DNA of 60,720 nucleotides, the filler included, from Actinomycetota bacterium (GTDB lineage: Bacteria; Actinomycetota; Acidimicrobiia; IMCC26256; VFJJ01): the NCBI GenBank assembly GCA_009886115.1. It is 4 parts of 4 records of this genome, joined end to end, with 100 filler letters (N's around TTAATTAATTAA, not from the genome) between each part and the next. Parts side by side here need not be neighbours in the genome. Positions count along the whole stretch, not along the records: positions 32,866 to 55,015 come from VFJJ01000219.1; 3 more parts are not named here. One strand, given 5' to 3'. The notes beneath the pieces are model-generated. The model was not told the DNA's origin, ran no database searches, and saw only the letters and a program-made list of their open reading frames with translations. Shown piece after piece: positions 39,263 to 48,985 of the stretch. The number at the start of each line of letters is the position of its first letter. Position 1 is the first letter of the stretch. Both the position numbers and the translations under genes were made by a program.

Positions 39263-41023
39263 TCAGCGGGAGCGGGCGAGCGGGCCGCGAAGGAGTCGCC
39301 CGGGGACGGCACCGGTGGGCTCGCCGTCGATGAACACCGGCTGCCCGTTCACGATCGAGGCCCGGAACCCCTGCGAGCGCTGGACGATGCGCTTGGCACC
39401 GGCGGGCTGGTCGGCCTCGATGCTCGGCAGGCTCGGAGCCACCGTGGCCGGATCGAACACGACCAGGTCGGCAGCCAGGCCCTCGGCCACCAACCCGCGA
39501 TCGTGGAAGCCCCACACGGCCGCCGGTTCGGACGTGAGGATCCTGATGGCGTCCTCCCAGGCAATGGCCTCCCGCTCACGCACCCAGTGGGCGAGCAGGT
39601 GCGTGGGGATCGAGGCGTCGGTGATCTGCGAGACGTGCGCCCCGGAGTCGGAGGCCCCGATCATCGTGCCGGGATGACGCAGCAGGGCCAAGACGTCGTC
39701 CTGGAGATGATTGGCGAACGGCTGCAGGAACAACTGACGGAAGTCGGACGCCAAGGCCAGGTCGATCATCACGTCGACCGGCGTGACGACACCGCCCGAG
39801 CTTCCGGAGCTGCTCGCGTCCGACGCCGCCGCGGCCAGGTCGGACAGGCGAGGGTGCGGAGGCAGCGGCGAGTCGTAGACCCAGACCCAATCCCACTCCG
39901 GCTTACGAGCCTCGGCCCCGATGGCTTTCCCGTACGGACCGTGCATGGCCTCGGAAACGAGGCGGGCGCGCATCGTGGGGTCGAGCAGCGCAGCCCGCTG
40001 CTCGGCCAGGGGCTGGCACCTGACCTCCGACCACAGCGGGAGCTTGTCGAAGGGCAGGTTGGCACGGAACGACAGGACGGTCGCGAACTCGCGGGAGTGC
40101 ACGGTACCGACCATCCGTCCCCCGGCGGCGACGGTCTCGGCGCACAGATCGGTGACCTTGCGCCAGGCGCCGGGGGCCACCTTCGATGTGCCCATGATGA
40201 ACGTGATCGGCCGACCCGACGACACGGCGAGGTCGCGGAGCCACTCGTGGTAGCGGCGACCGTCGCTCGGGTCGTAGTGGATCTCGTTCGCGAGTTGGAA
40301 CACGCCCGCGCCCAACTGCCCCATGCGCCCGACGAGCGCCTCCACCTCGCCGCGACTGGCCTGCCGGGAGGCCACGGGATGATCGTCGGACGTGGCGTGG
40401 TTCGCCGAACGCGATGTCGAGAACCCGATGGCCCCGGCCCGCAACGAGCCGTCGAGCACGCGGAGCATGGTCGCGAGATCGTCGGGCGCGGCCTCGTCGT
40501 GGTACGCCCGCTCGCCCATCACGTAGGTGCGCAAGGCCGAGTGCCCGAGGTACCCAGCCATGTTGAGACCCTTGGGCAACCCGTCGATCACGTCGAGGTA
40601 CTCGGGGAACGTCTCCCATTGCAGCGGTACCCCGGCGATCAGCGACTCACGAGCCATGTCCTCGGCTCGCTCCAGGCTGCGGAACACCAGGTCGACCTGA
40701 TCGGCCTTCACGGGGGCGATCGTGAAGCCGCAGTTACCCATCACGACGGTCGTGACACCGTGATACGACGTGGACGTCCCGAGCGGGTCCCAGAACGTCT
40801 GGGCGTCGAGATGGGTGTGCACGTCGACGAAGCCCGGGGTCACGAAACAACCCTCGGCGTCTATCTCGCGACGACCCGTACCCGATAGGTGTCCGATACC
40901 GGCGATCGTGTCACCAACCACGCCCACGTCGGCCCGGTATCGAGGCTGCCCCGAACCGTCGACGACGGTGCCGCCGCGGATGACGAGGTCGTAGCGAACG
41001 GAGTCGTCGGTCGATGCGCTCAT
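39263..41023 (-). CDS. N-acyl-D-amino-acid deacylase family amidohydrolase
   Basis: GGTVVDGSG, PGFVDVHTHLD, GVTTVVMGNCG, SDSGAH and RG...G..ADLVVFDP. Confidence 0.92.
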   Translation of the reverse strand: MSASTDDSVRYDLVIRGGTVVDGSGQPRYRADVGVVGDTIAGIGHLSGTGRREIDAEGCFVTPGFVDVHTHLDAQTFWDPLGTSTSYHGVTTVVMGNCGFTIAPVKADQVDLVFRSLERAEDMARESLIAGVPLQWETFPEYLDVIDGLPKGLNMAGYLGHSALRTYVMGERAYHDEAAPDDLATMLRVLDGSLRAGAIGFSTSRSANHATSDDHPVASRQASRGEVEALVGRMGQLGAGVFQLANEIHYDPSDGRRYHEWLRDLAVSSGRPITFIMGTSKVAPGAWRKVTDLCAETVAAGGRMVGTVHSREFATVLSFRANLPFDKLPLWSEVRCQPLAEQRAALLDPTMRARLVSEAMHGPYGKAIGAEARKPEWDWVWVYDSPLPPHPRLSDLAAAASDASSSGSSGGVVTPVDVMIDLALASDFRQLFLQPFANHLQDDVLALLRHPGTMIGASDSGAHVSQITDASIPTHLLAHWVREREAIAWEDAIRILTSEPAAVWGFHDRGLVAEGLAADLVVFDPATVAPSLPSIEADQPAGAKRIVQRSQGFRASIVNGQPVFIDGEPTGAVPGRLLRGPLARSR

Positions 41024-41090
41024 CCGGCCATACTGCCAGCTCCGAATGGGCAGCGCCGCTGGCGGGCGTCGAGGAGTTCAGGGAGATGTC

Positions 41091-41720
41091 ATGGCACTGA
41101 AGGTCGTGGGGGCAGGGCTGGGTCGGACGGGGACGCTTTCGCTCAAGGCGGCGCTGGAGCAGCTGCTCGGGGGGCGCTGCTACCACATGATGGAGGTCTT
41201 CCAGCGTCCGACCGACATCGAGGTCTGGCACGACGCCGCCCGTGGGACGCTCCCCGACTGGAACGGCTTCCTCGGCGACTTCGTTGCTGCCGTCGACTGG
41301 CCGGCGGCGGCGTACTGGAAGGAGCTCTCGGCGGCCAACCCCGATGCCCTCGTCGTGTTGTCGCACCGGCCGTCCGACGCCTGGTGGACGAGCGCCAACG
41401 ACACGATCTTCCACCTCATGAGCCAGGAGCTTCCGCCCGAGGCCGACCCGATGATCCGTGAGCACCGGGCGATGGTGCTCGACCTGCTGCGGGCCCGGTT
41501 CACCGACCAGCTCACCGACCGGGCGGCCTGCATCGCGGCCTACGAGCGCCACAACGACGACGTGCGCCGCAGCGCACCCCCCGGCCAGCTCCTGGAATGG
41601 TCGCCGAGCGACGGATGGGCGCCGCTGTGCAGCGCGCTCGGCGTCGCCGTCCCCGACGAGCCGTTCCCCCGGGTGAACAGCACCGAGGAGTTCCGAGCGA
41701 ACTTCCTCCAGCCGGGGTGA
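41091..41720 (+). CDS. P-loop sulfotransferase-like family protein
   Basis: LKVVGAGLGRTGTLSLKAALEQL..CYHM, VDWP, GWAPLC..LG and PFPRVN. Confidence 0.88.
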   Translation: MALKVVGAGLGRTGTLSLKAALEQLLGGRCYHMMEVFQRPTDIEVWHDAARGTLPDWNGFLGDFVAAVDWPAAAYWKELSAANPDALVVLSHRPSDAWWTSANDTIFHLMSQELPPEADPMIREHRAMVLDLLRARFTDQLTDRAACIAAYERHNDDVRRSAPPGQLLEWSPSDGWAPLCSALGVAVPDEPFPRVNSTEEFRANFLQPG

Positions 41721-41732
41721 ACGGGTGGGCGC

Positions 41733-42224
41733 TCAGACCCCCGTGTAGGTGATGTCGGTCCGGTCGCGGCGCCCCACGGTGAAGTCGGGGCCGAACTCGA
41801 AGCTCCGGGTGGGGTCGAAGGCCACCGTGTGGGTGAAGTCGAAGGCGCACACCCGCTTGGCGATGAGCCACCGACCGTCGCGGCGCTCGAAGCGGTCGAC
41901 GTAGCGCAGCCCGATCACGAGATCGGTGTCGGGGCCTATGTGATGGGCGACGCAGTACGTGTCGCAGTGGGCGACATCGTCCTCGATCCGGATGGCCGGC
42001 GGCCCCACGAGGTGCATCGTCGCCTCGAAGTGCGGCAGCACGTCCATCACCCAGCGGGCGAACTCCGTGCCGGAGCCACGGAACGAGTTGTGGTCGTCGT
42101 AGCCGTCGGGGTGATAGCACGACGCCATCGCCGCCTCGTCGAGCCGGTCGGTGCCCCGGGCGAGCCGCTTGATCACGTCGGTGATCTCCTCCCGGGCGAT
42201 GAGATCGTCGATCGTGAGACCCAT
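41733..42224 (-). CDS. NTF2/SnoaL-like protein
   Basis: REEI...RGTDRLD, YHPDGYDDH, TMH and RYVDRFERRDGRWLI. AGGAG RBS. Confidence 0.88.
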   Translation of the reverse strand: MGLTIDDLIAREEITDVIKRLARGTDRLDEAAMASCYHPDGYDDHNSFRGSGTEFARWVMDVLPHFEATMHLVGPPAIRIEDDVAHCDTYCVAHHIGPDTDLVIGLRYVDRFERRDGRWLIAKRVCAFDFTHTVAFDPTRSFEFGPDFTVGRRDRTDITYTGV

Positions 42225-42449
42225 GTCCGCCACCTCTCCTCGGTCCCGAGCCCGACGGACCACCGTCGAGCCGCTCGCCATGCCGACCAGACAACACCCC
42301 AGCTTCTTCGGTCCCGCCCGGCGCTGCACATCGAGGCCCGCGTTGATCGGGCCCGGGCCCGACGGCTCCGACCCGGCAACCGGCCCCACCGCCACGTTCA
42401 CCTTCGTGATCGCCACCTGAGGCCCCGGGGGTTGCCCTAGCCTCCGGGC

Positions 42450-43376
42450 ATGACACCCATCTCGGTCGGTTCGATCGGTCACTGCAACGTGAACTGCCGC
42501 GATCTCGAACGATCGCGGCGCTTCTACACCGAGCTCTTCGATCTCACGGCGGAGACCCACACGAACCCCGTCCCCCAGGACGGCACCGGCTTCGGCATGA
42601 CCGGTCAGGTGCAGTGGGACGCCTGGATCCTCCACGACCACCGGGGTTCGTACGCAGGGCCCGCGATCGACCTCCTCACATGGACGTCGCCTCCGCCGAC
42701 GGGCGATCCGTATCCGACGCCCAACAATCTCGGCTTCGCCCGCCTGGCCCTGCACGTTCCCGACATCGACGCCACGTACGAGCGCCTCTCGGCGGCAGGG
42801 GCGCTCCTCCACGATGGCGTGCAGGACATCGGCAACCTGCGCATGCTCGTCACCCACGATCCCGACGGGGTCCAGCTGGCCTGCTTCCAAGGCCGCGTGA
42901 GCGCGCCGGAGTTCCGCGGCGTGGCGATCAATTGCTCCGATCTCGGACGAACGCGCGACTGGTACCTCGGGAACTTCGGGTTCGAGACCGTGGGTCAACC
43001 CTCCTCGGCCAGCCGTGACGGCCGGTTCATGGGGCACGACGGGCCGTACGAGGTCGAGAACCAACTCCTGGCGCTCCCTGGTGGAGCACGCGTGTTCACC
43101 CTGGGCCTCGAGCACTGGAAGAGCCCCCGCCCGGTCGGTCGCCCGTACCCGGTCGCCAACCACGTCGGCATCTTCCGCATGGCGTTCATGGTCGATGACG
43201 CCCACGCCTGCCACGATCAGCTCAGGACCAACGGCGTCGACCTGATGAGCCCGCCGGTCTGGCTCGACATGGGTCCCGAGGTCCCGATCGACGGGCTGTG
43301 GGCGCTGTTCTTCCGTGACCCCGACGGCACCTGCGTCGAGCTGATCCAGTCGCCCGTGGTCCGCAGCGTCGCCTGA
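42450..43376 (+). CDS. Two-domain VOC family protein
   Basis: HCNVNC.DLERS..FY and DPDG.., second domain INCSDL..FRDPDGTCVELI. TAGCCT 6 nt before the ATG. Confidence 0.88.
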   Translation: MTPISVGSIGHCNVNCRDLERSRRFYTELFDLTAETHTNPVPQDGTGFGMTGQVQWDAWILHDHRGSYAGPAIDLLTWTSPPPTGDPYPTPNNLGFARLALHVPDIDATYERLSAAGALLHDGVQDIGNLRMLVTHDPDGVQLACFQGRVSAPEFRGVAINCSDLGRTRDWYLGNFGFETVGQPSSASRDGRFMGHDGPYEVENQLLALPGGARVFTLGLEHWKSPRPVGRPYPVANHVGIFRMAFMVDDAHACHDQLRTNGVDLMSPPVWLDMGPEVPIDGLWALFFRDPDGTCVELIQSPVVRSVA

Positions 43377-43612
43377 CGCTCGCGGGCGCGACAGACGCGT
43401 TCTGCCGCTTCCGCGCCCTTCGTCGACCTGTTTCCCGGGCCATGAGGGGATATCACCCACGTACGGTGGGGAAGATCCTGTGGTTTGATGACCCCGGGTG
43501 CCCACATCCGGGTGATCTGAACTGCGGCAACGTTGTGTTCGGGGTCCTCAGGGACTCGGCAACCCGTCCCCACGCTGCGCGACTCACCTCTTCCTGGAGC
43601 CAGGTCGATCCG

Positions 43613-45457
43613 ATGACACACGCCACGACGACCGGGGGGTATCCCCTGATCCAGGTGAGCATGTTCGGCTCACTCGAAGTCGTCATCGGCGATCATCGCC
43701 TCGGTCCCCGCGACCTCGGCGGCGCCAAGCCCAAGCAGGTCCTCGAGCTCCTCCTCATCGCTGGCGGGCGGCCACTCACCAAGGACCGCATCGCTGACGC
43801 GCTCTGGGGAGACGATCTGCCCGTGAACGTGGGGGCGACGCTCGAGACGTACGTGTCGGTGCTCCGGAGCCGCCTTCGGGCCCACGGCGCGGATCGGGAA
43901 CCGATCATCGTCACCGAGCACAGGGCGTACCGGATCTCCCGAGACTTCGTCCGACTCGATCTCGACCTGTTCGACGAGCTCATCGACCGAGCCGGGCGCG
44001 AGCCCGGGAAACGGCGCGACCTCCTCAGCCGGGCCGTCGAGCTGGCCACCAGGCCGGTCCTCGAGGACGAGCTCTACGCGACCTGGGCCGGCGAGATCCG
44101 GGCCACGTACACGAACCGACTCAACACGGCACTCGTCGACCTGGCCGAGATGGCGCTCGTCGGCGGCGACATCGGCGCAGCCCAACGCCATGCCAGGCGG
44201 GTCGTGGCCGACGACGCGTTGAACGAGCGGGCGTGGCGGGCGCTGATGCGCGCCCACGACGCCGTTGGCGACCGAGCCCTCGCCATCCGGACGTTCGAAC
44301 GGTGCCGACGCGAGCTGCGCGACCAGCTCGGCATCGAACCGCTCCCCGAGACCGTCGAGCTGGTGGATGCCATCAAGCGCCGGGCACCCGTTCGCCTCGC
44401 GGCCGATCAGCAGGCCGTCCCGGTACCGCCAACGTCGACACCGTCGGGACCCCTGCTCGTTCCCCTCGTGTTCCGACCCCGGGCGACTCCCCCGACGGCT
44501 GCCCCGACGCTCCCGTTCACGGGACGGGCGACCGAGCTCGACGTGGTGGTCGAGGCGAGCCGGCGAGCCCTCACCGGGCGGTTCGAGCTCGTCGTCGTGA
44601 GCGGTGAGGCGGGCTTCGGGAAGTCGCGCTTCCTCGACGAGGTCGCCGGGCGGGTGACCGGATTCCGGATCGGTCGTTCCCGGTGCTCGGCGCTCGACCG
44701 GAACATGCCGTACGTGGGCATGGCCTTGGCCCTCCAGGGAGTGGTCTCGTCCGACGACTTCGAACGTTCCATCCCGACCCTCATGGGGAGCCCAGCCTCG
44801 ATCACATCGGTCGAGCGTTTCGCGCGAATGATGTGCGAGCAGGCTCCGCTCGCGCTCTTCATCGACGATCTCCACCATGCCGACGACGCCACGCTCGCGG
44901 CCATCGACTACCTCCAGCGGCGGAACTCGAACTCCCCGATCGTGATCGTGGCGACGGTCCAGGCCAGCACCGTGAGCGCGGCGAGCGCACTGCGCGAGCT
45001 CCGCCCGAGCGCCACAGTCCGCCTGGCCCCGCTCGATCCGGCCGAGGTCCACCACCTCGCAGCGATGTGCGGCTTCGATCCATCGTCGACCGGCGGGATC
45101 CCCGCGCTCGTTTCGGCCCTGACCGCTGTGAGCACGGGCACGGGCACGGGCACGGGCGACCATGGTGTCGACAACGACGACACGCGCGCCCACCACGTGC
45201 ACGAGTGGCTGCGGCGCATGCGCCCCGACGCCCGCGATGTGCTGCAGTGCTCGGCGTCGGTTGAGGGTTGGTTCACCCCCGGGAGACTGGCTCCGCTGCT
45301 CGGATGGTCCGAGCCGCGGGTGGTGGCCGAGCTGCGGAGTCTCGCATTCGACGGTGTGCTCACCGCCGACAGCAGCGGCGGCTTCCGCCTCGCCTGGCCC
45401 GAGGTCGCCGATCTCCTGGTGCGCTACACCCAGGCACCGCAGGGCCTCGCGCTCTGA
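43613..45457 (+). CDS. SARP-type regulator (winged HTH-BTAD) fused to AAA/STAND ATPase, without C-terminal TPR/LuxR region
   Basis: LWGD..P...LETYVSVLR, BTAD (ERAWRALM..LGIEP), FTGRATEL, Walker A GEAGFGKS and Walker B FIDDLHHAD. Confidence 0.85.
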   Translation: MTHATTTGGYPLIQVSMFGSLEVVIGDHRLGPRDLGGAKPKQVLELLLIAGGRPLTKDRIADALWGDDLPVNVGATLETYVSVLRSRLRAHGADREPIIVTEHRAYRISRDFVRLDLDLFDELIDRAGREPGKRRDLLSRAVELATRPVLEDELYATWAGEIRATYTNRLNTALVDLAEMALVGGDIGAAQRHARRVVADDALNERAWRALMRAHDAVGDRALAIRTFERCRRELRDQLGIEPLPETVELVDAIKRRAPVRLAADQQAVPVPPTSTPSGPLLVPLVFRPRATPPTAAPTLPFTGRATELDVVVEASRRALTGRFELVVVSGEAGFGKSRFLDEVAGRVTGFRIGRSRCSALDRNMPYVGMALALQGVVSSDDFERSIPTLMGSPASITSVERFARMMCEQAPLALFIDDLHHADDATLAAIDYLQRRNSNSPIVIVATVQASTVSAASALRELRPSATVRLAPLDPAEVHHLAAMCGFDPSSTGGIPALVSALTAVSTGTGTGTGDHGVDNDDTRAHHVHEWLRRMRPDARDVLQCSASVEGWFTPGRLAPLLGWSEPRVVAELRSLAFDGVLTADSSGGFRLAWPEVADLLVRYTQAPQGLAL

Positions 45458-45532
45458 GCGCTCGCAGGCCACGGCGAGCCTGATCGCCCGGGGGCCCGAA
45501 CCCGGCACGGCAGAGTCAGCACGGCGGAGTCA

Positions 45533-45660
45533 GCACCTCGGAGTCGGCATGCGGGCGCCTAGAAACTCGCCGGTGTGGCTGGCGAATGCGCTCGCCAGCC
45601 TCGACTCGCTCTCGAACGGACGCCTCACCGTCGCGGTCGGCGTGGGCCCGGCCGCGGAGG
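45533..45660 (+). pseudogene. Short remnant of an LLM-class oxidoreductase gene
   Basis: HLGVGM..PRNSPVWLANALASLDSLSNGRLTVAVGVG resembles the LLM core motif (P..LAK..ASLD.LSGGRL.LGVG.G). No full ORF. Confidence 0.55.
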
Positions 45661-45674
45661 CGCACATCGAGGGA

Positions 45675-46511
45675 TCACACCGGAGCGTCGCCGGCCAGGG
45701 TGACCCGGTGCATGATGCGACGCTCGCGATAGTCGGGGACGGCGAAGTGCTGTACCCAACGGTTGTCCCAGAAGGCGATGGTGTCGGGCTCCCAGCGCAG
45801 ACGCACCTGGAACTCGGGTGAGCGCACCCAGTTCACGAGGAACGGCAGCAGCGCCTGATTCTCGGCCTCACCCAACTCGACGATCCGGGTCGTGAAGTTC
45901 CCGTTGACGAACAGGGCCCGGCGGCCGTCGACGGGGTTGGTGCGCACGACCGGGTGCACCACCGGCGGCCACGCTTCCTGCATGGCTCGGAGGTCGACGC
46001 GGGCATTGCCGTCAGCGATGGCCCGGCTCAGGGTCCGCGTGAGGTCGTGCGTGGCGTGCAGGCCGTCGAGCATGGTCCGCAGCGCCGGCGAGAGCGCCTC
46101 GTACGCGGCGTACATGCTCGCCCAGAGCGTGTCGCCGCCGACGCTCGGGAGCTGGACGGCCCGCAGGATCGAACCCATCGGTGGCGTGGCCATGAACGTG
46201 TTGTCGGTGTGCCAGTTGTCGGCGCCCTCGCCCTTGGGCGTCTGCTGGTCGAGCACCGTGATCTCGGGATGGTCGGCGTGCTTGGGCCCGAAGGGCGCGA
46301 CCGCGATCTCGCCGAAGCGGCGGGCGAAGGCCAGGTGCTGGGCTGGCGTGATCCGCTGAGCGGGCAGGAACACGACCAGGTGCTCGGCGAGCGCCGACTC
46401 CACCTGGGCCAGGGCCTCGTCGTCGAGTGGCCTCGTGAGATCGAGGCCGTGGAGCTCGGCGCCGATGACCGCGGTGAGCGGACGTACCTCGACCGGACGA
46501 CGCGCTTTCAC
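45675..46511 (-). CDS. TauD/TfdA family Fe(II)/2-oxoglutarate dioxygenase
   Basis: IGAELHGLDL, WHTD, GGDTLWA, HPVVRT and WDNRWVQH..R.MHR. Confidence 0.93.
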   Translation of the reverse strand: MKARRPVEVRPLTAVIGAELHGLDLTRPLDDEALAQVESALAEHLVVFLPAQRITPAQHLAFARRFGEIAVAPFGPKHADHPEITVLDQQTPKGEGADNWHTDNTFMATPPMGSILRAVQLPSVGGDTLWASMYAAYEALSPALRTMLDGLHATHDLTRTLSRAIADGNARVDLRAMQEAWPPVVHPVVRTNPVDGRRALFVNGNFTTRIVELGEAENQALLPFLVNWVRSPEFQVRLRWEPDTIAFWDNRWVQHFAVPDYRERRIMHRVTLAGDAPV

Positions 46512-46516
46512 GGGAC

Positions 46517-47059
46517 TCAACGGCTCCGCTTGTCTTCGAGCCAGTCGGGGAGATCGATGGGTGGGTCGGGGAGCTGCACGACATCGCGATCGGCCAGAAA
46601 CCGTTGGTATCCCTGGGGATCGGCCGCCCACGACCGCGGATCACCCATCATCACCTCGAACAGCTCCACGCCAGCGGGACCGGCGACGAGCGGACCGAGC
46701 GCCGCACCGTGGGGGAGCTCGATGTGGGTTCCGGCCGGGCAGTGGACGTCGCCGCACATCATGTCGCCGGCAAGCACGTACACGACCTGGGGGCTGTCGT
46801 GACCGTGGCGGTGCACGATCATCCCCGGATCCCACCGGGCGTACATCGACAGGTACTGGGGATCGCGGCCGAACGCGAACCACTTCTCCCACACCGACTT
46901 CTGGCCGTCGGGGTGCTGCTGGGTGCGAACCTGCTGCCACTTCATCTCGTCACGATGCCGGAAGATCGGCTCCAGGGCGGGCGACGGCGACGGGACCGCA
47001 GCCGACGGTGGGGATGAAACGGCCGGCTCGGGAGCGGATGCATCGCGGTGGTCGCTCAT
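46517..47059 (-). CDS. Cupin-fold protein
   Basis: WDPGMIVHRHGHDS..VYVLAG..LPHG..GPLVAGP.GVELFE. TACGCT 6 nt before the ATG. Confidence 0.78.
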   Translation of the reverse strand: MSDHRDASAPEPAVSSPPSAAVPSPSPALEPIFRHRDEMKWQQVRTQQHPDGQKSVWEKWFAFGRDPQYLSMYARWDPGMIVHRHGHDSPQVVYVLAGDMMCGDVHCPAGTHIELPHGAALGPLVAGPAGVELFEVMMGDPRSWAADPQGYQRFLADRDVVQLPDPPIDLPDWLEDKRSR

Positions 47060-47093
47060 CGAAGGAGCGTAGGCCCGAGCGCGAGCATGCGTC

Positions 47094-48566
47094 ATGACCA
47101 GTTCCCCCGTCCCCCACATGTCGTCGGACGAGCTGCGCCGCCACGGCCACGCCGTCGTCGACTGGATCGCCGACTATCTCGATCGCGTGGTGGAGCTGCC
47201 CGTGCAGTCGAGGGTCGAACCGGGCTGGGTCCGCAGCCGCCTCCCGGCCCACCCGCCCCAGACCGGCGAGCCGTTCGCCGCCGTGCTGCGTGATCTCGAC
47301 GAGATCGTGGTGCCCGGGCTGACGCATTGGCAGTCACCCAACTTCTTCGGGTACTTCCCAGCCGAAACCTCGGGCCCGGCCATTCTCGGCGACCTGCTCT
47401 CGGCCGGCCTCGGAGTCCAGGGGATGTCCTGGGCGACGAGCCCGGCGTGCACCGAGCTCGAGACGCACGTGCTCGACTGGATGGTGGAGCTCTTGGGGCT
47501 GCCGGAGCGCTTCCTCTCGAGCGGGCCCGGCGGCGGCGTGATCCAAGACAGTGCATCGTCGGCGGCCTTGTGCACCCTGGCGGCCGCTCGCGAGCGGGCC
47601 GTTGCCCGCCACGGCGTCGATCCGACGCTCGTGGTCGCCTACACCTCAACCGAGACCCACTCGTCGGTGGCCAAGGGCGCCCGGGTGGCCGGCGTCGGTC
47701 ACGTGCGAGCCGTCGAGGTCGACGGGCTCCACGCCATGCGCCCCGACGCGCTCGAGGAGTCGATGACCGCCGATCGCCGGGCTGGGCTGGTGCCGGCGTT
47801 CGTGTGTGCGACCATCGGGACGACGAGCTCGACAGCGATCGACCCCGTGCGGGCCATCGCGCAGGTTGCCGCACGGCACGACGTCTGGGTCCACGTCGAC
47901 GCTGCATACGCCGGGACGGCGGCGCTGTGCCCTGAGTTGCGCCACCACTTCGACGGCCTCGAGCTCGTCGACAGCTACGTCTTCAACCCCCACAAGTGGA
48001 TGCTCACGAACTTCGACTGCTCGTGCCTGTGGGTGGCCGACCGGGCGGCCCTGGTGGGTGCGCTCGGGATCCTCCCCGAGTACCTGAAGAACGCCGCGAC
48101 CACCTCGGGCGAGGTGATCGACTATCGCGACTGGCAGATCCCGCTGGGGCGACGGTTCCGAGCGCTCAAGCTCTGGATGGTGCTGCGCCACTACGGGGCG
48201 GCGGGTCTGCGAGCCCATGTTCGCGAGCACATCGAGCTGTGCCGCTGGTTCGAGGCCCGCATCGACGCCGACCCCCGCTTCGAGCTGTGCGCGCCGGCCC
48301 CGTTCTCCCTGGTGTGCTTCCGCTGCGTGGTCGGAGGCGGCGGCACCCCGACCGACGGCGACGGAGTGACCGCCGACCTGCTCGCCGCGCTCAACGGCTC
48401 GGGTCGGATCTTCCTCACCCACACGCGCTTGGCCGGCAAGCTCGTGCTGCGTATGGCGATCGGGGCCACCATGACCGAACGTCACCACGTCGAGGCCGCC
48501 TGGGAGCTCATCTCCGAGCTGGCCGACGCAGCGCTGGCCGACGCCGGGCTCGCCGGTTCTGAGTGA
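47094..48566 (+). CDS. Group II PLP decarboxylase, aromatic-L-amino-acid decarboxylase (DDC/TDC-like)
   Basis: THWQSPNFFGYFP, SPACTELE, GGGVIQ, HVDAAYAG, NPHKW, DWQIPLGRRFRALKLW and LVCFR. Confidence 0.93.
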   Translation: MTSSPVPHMSSDELRRHGHAVVDWIADYLDRVVELPVQSRVEPGWVRSRLPAHPPQTGEPFAAVLRDLDEIVVPGLTHWQSPNFFGYFPAETSGPAILGDLLSAGLGVQGMSWATSPACTELETHVLDWMVELLGLPERFLSSGPGGGVIQDSASSAALCTLAAARERAVARHGVDPTLVVAYTSTETHSSVAKGARVAGVGHVRAVEVDGLHAMRPDALEESMTADRRAGLVPAFVCATIGTTSSTAIDPVRAIAQVAARHDVWVHVDAAYAGTAALCPELRHHFDGLELVDSYVFNPHKWMLTNFDCSCLWVADRAALVGALGILPEYLKNAATTSGEVIDYRDWQIPLGRRFRALKLWMVLRHYGAAGLRAHVREHIELCRWFEARIDADPRFELCAPAPFSLVCFRCVVGGGGTPTDGDGVTADLLAALNGSGRIFLTHTRLAGKLVLRMAIGATMTERHHVEAAWELISELADAALADAGLAGSE

Positions 48567-48612
48567 CCCGATGGGCGGTGATCGGGTGGGCTCACCGCTA
48601 ACCTCCGCCCCC

Positions 48613-48960
48613 GTGATCCTCGTGAGCTTCGACATCGACGGGACGATGGAGTTCGGCGACCCGCCCGGGCCGGTGACCCTCGACCACGTCCGCCGGGCGC
48701 GAGAGCTCGGCTACGTGATCGGCAGCGCTTCCGACCGCACGGTGCGCGACCAGCAGGAGCTCTGGGACCGCCACGGCATCGTCGTCGACTTCGTGGGCCA
48801 CAAGCACATGCTCGACGGCGTCCGCGAGCGTTTCGAGATGAGCCGCTACATGCACATCGGCGACACGAACGTCGACGAGTTCTACGCGCTCAAGCACGGC
48901 TTCGAGTTCACCCATGTCGAGCACCTCCCGGCCGACGGCTCCCCAGGCTGGCTCTGGTAG
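48613..48960 (+). CDS. Small HAD-like hydrolase
   Basis: SFDIDGT, GSASDR, K and HIGD..D. TAACCT 7 nt before the GTG. Confidence 0.82.
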   Translation: MILVSFDIDGTMEFGDPPGPVTLDHVRRARELGYVIGSASDRTVRDQQELWDRHGIVVDFVGHKHMLDGVRERFEMSRYMHIGDTNVDEFYALKHGFEFTHVEHLPADGSPGWLW

Positions 48961-48985
48961 CCCTGTCCCTGCGAGGGCCACGACC

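Noticed and set aside
43377..43612. Riboswitch upstream of the SARP gene
   Set aside because: No conserved riboswitch signature recognisable by eye; a covariance-model search would be needed.
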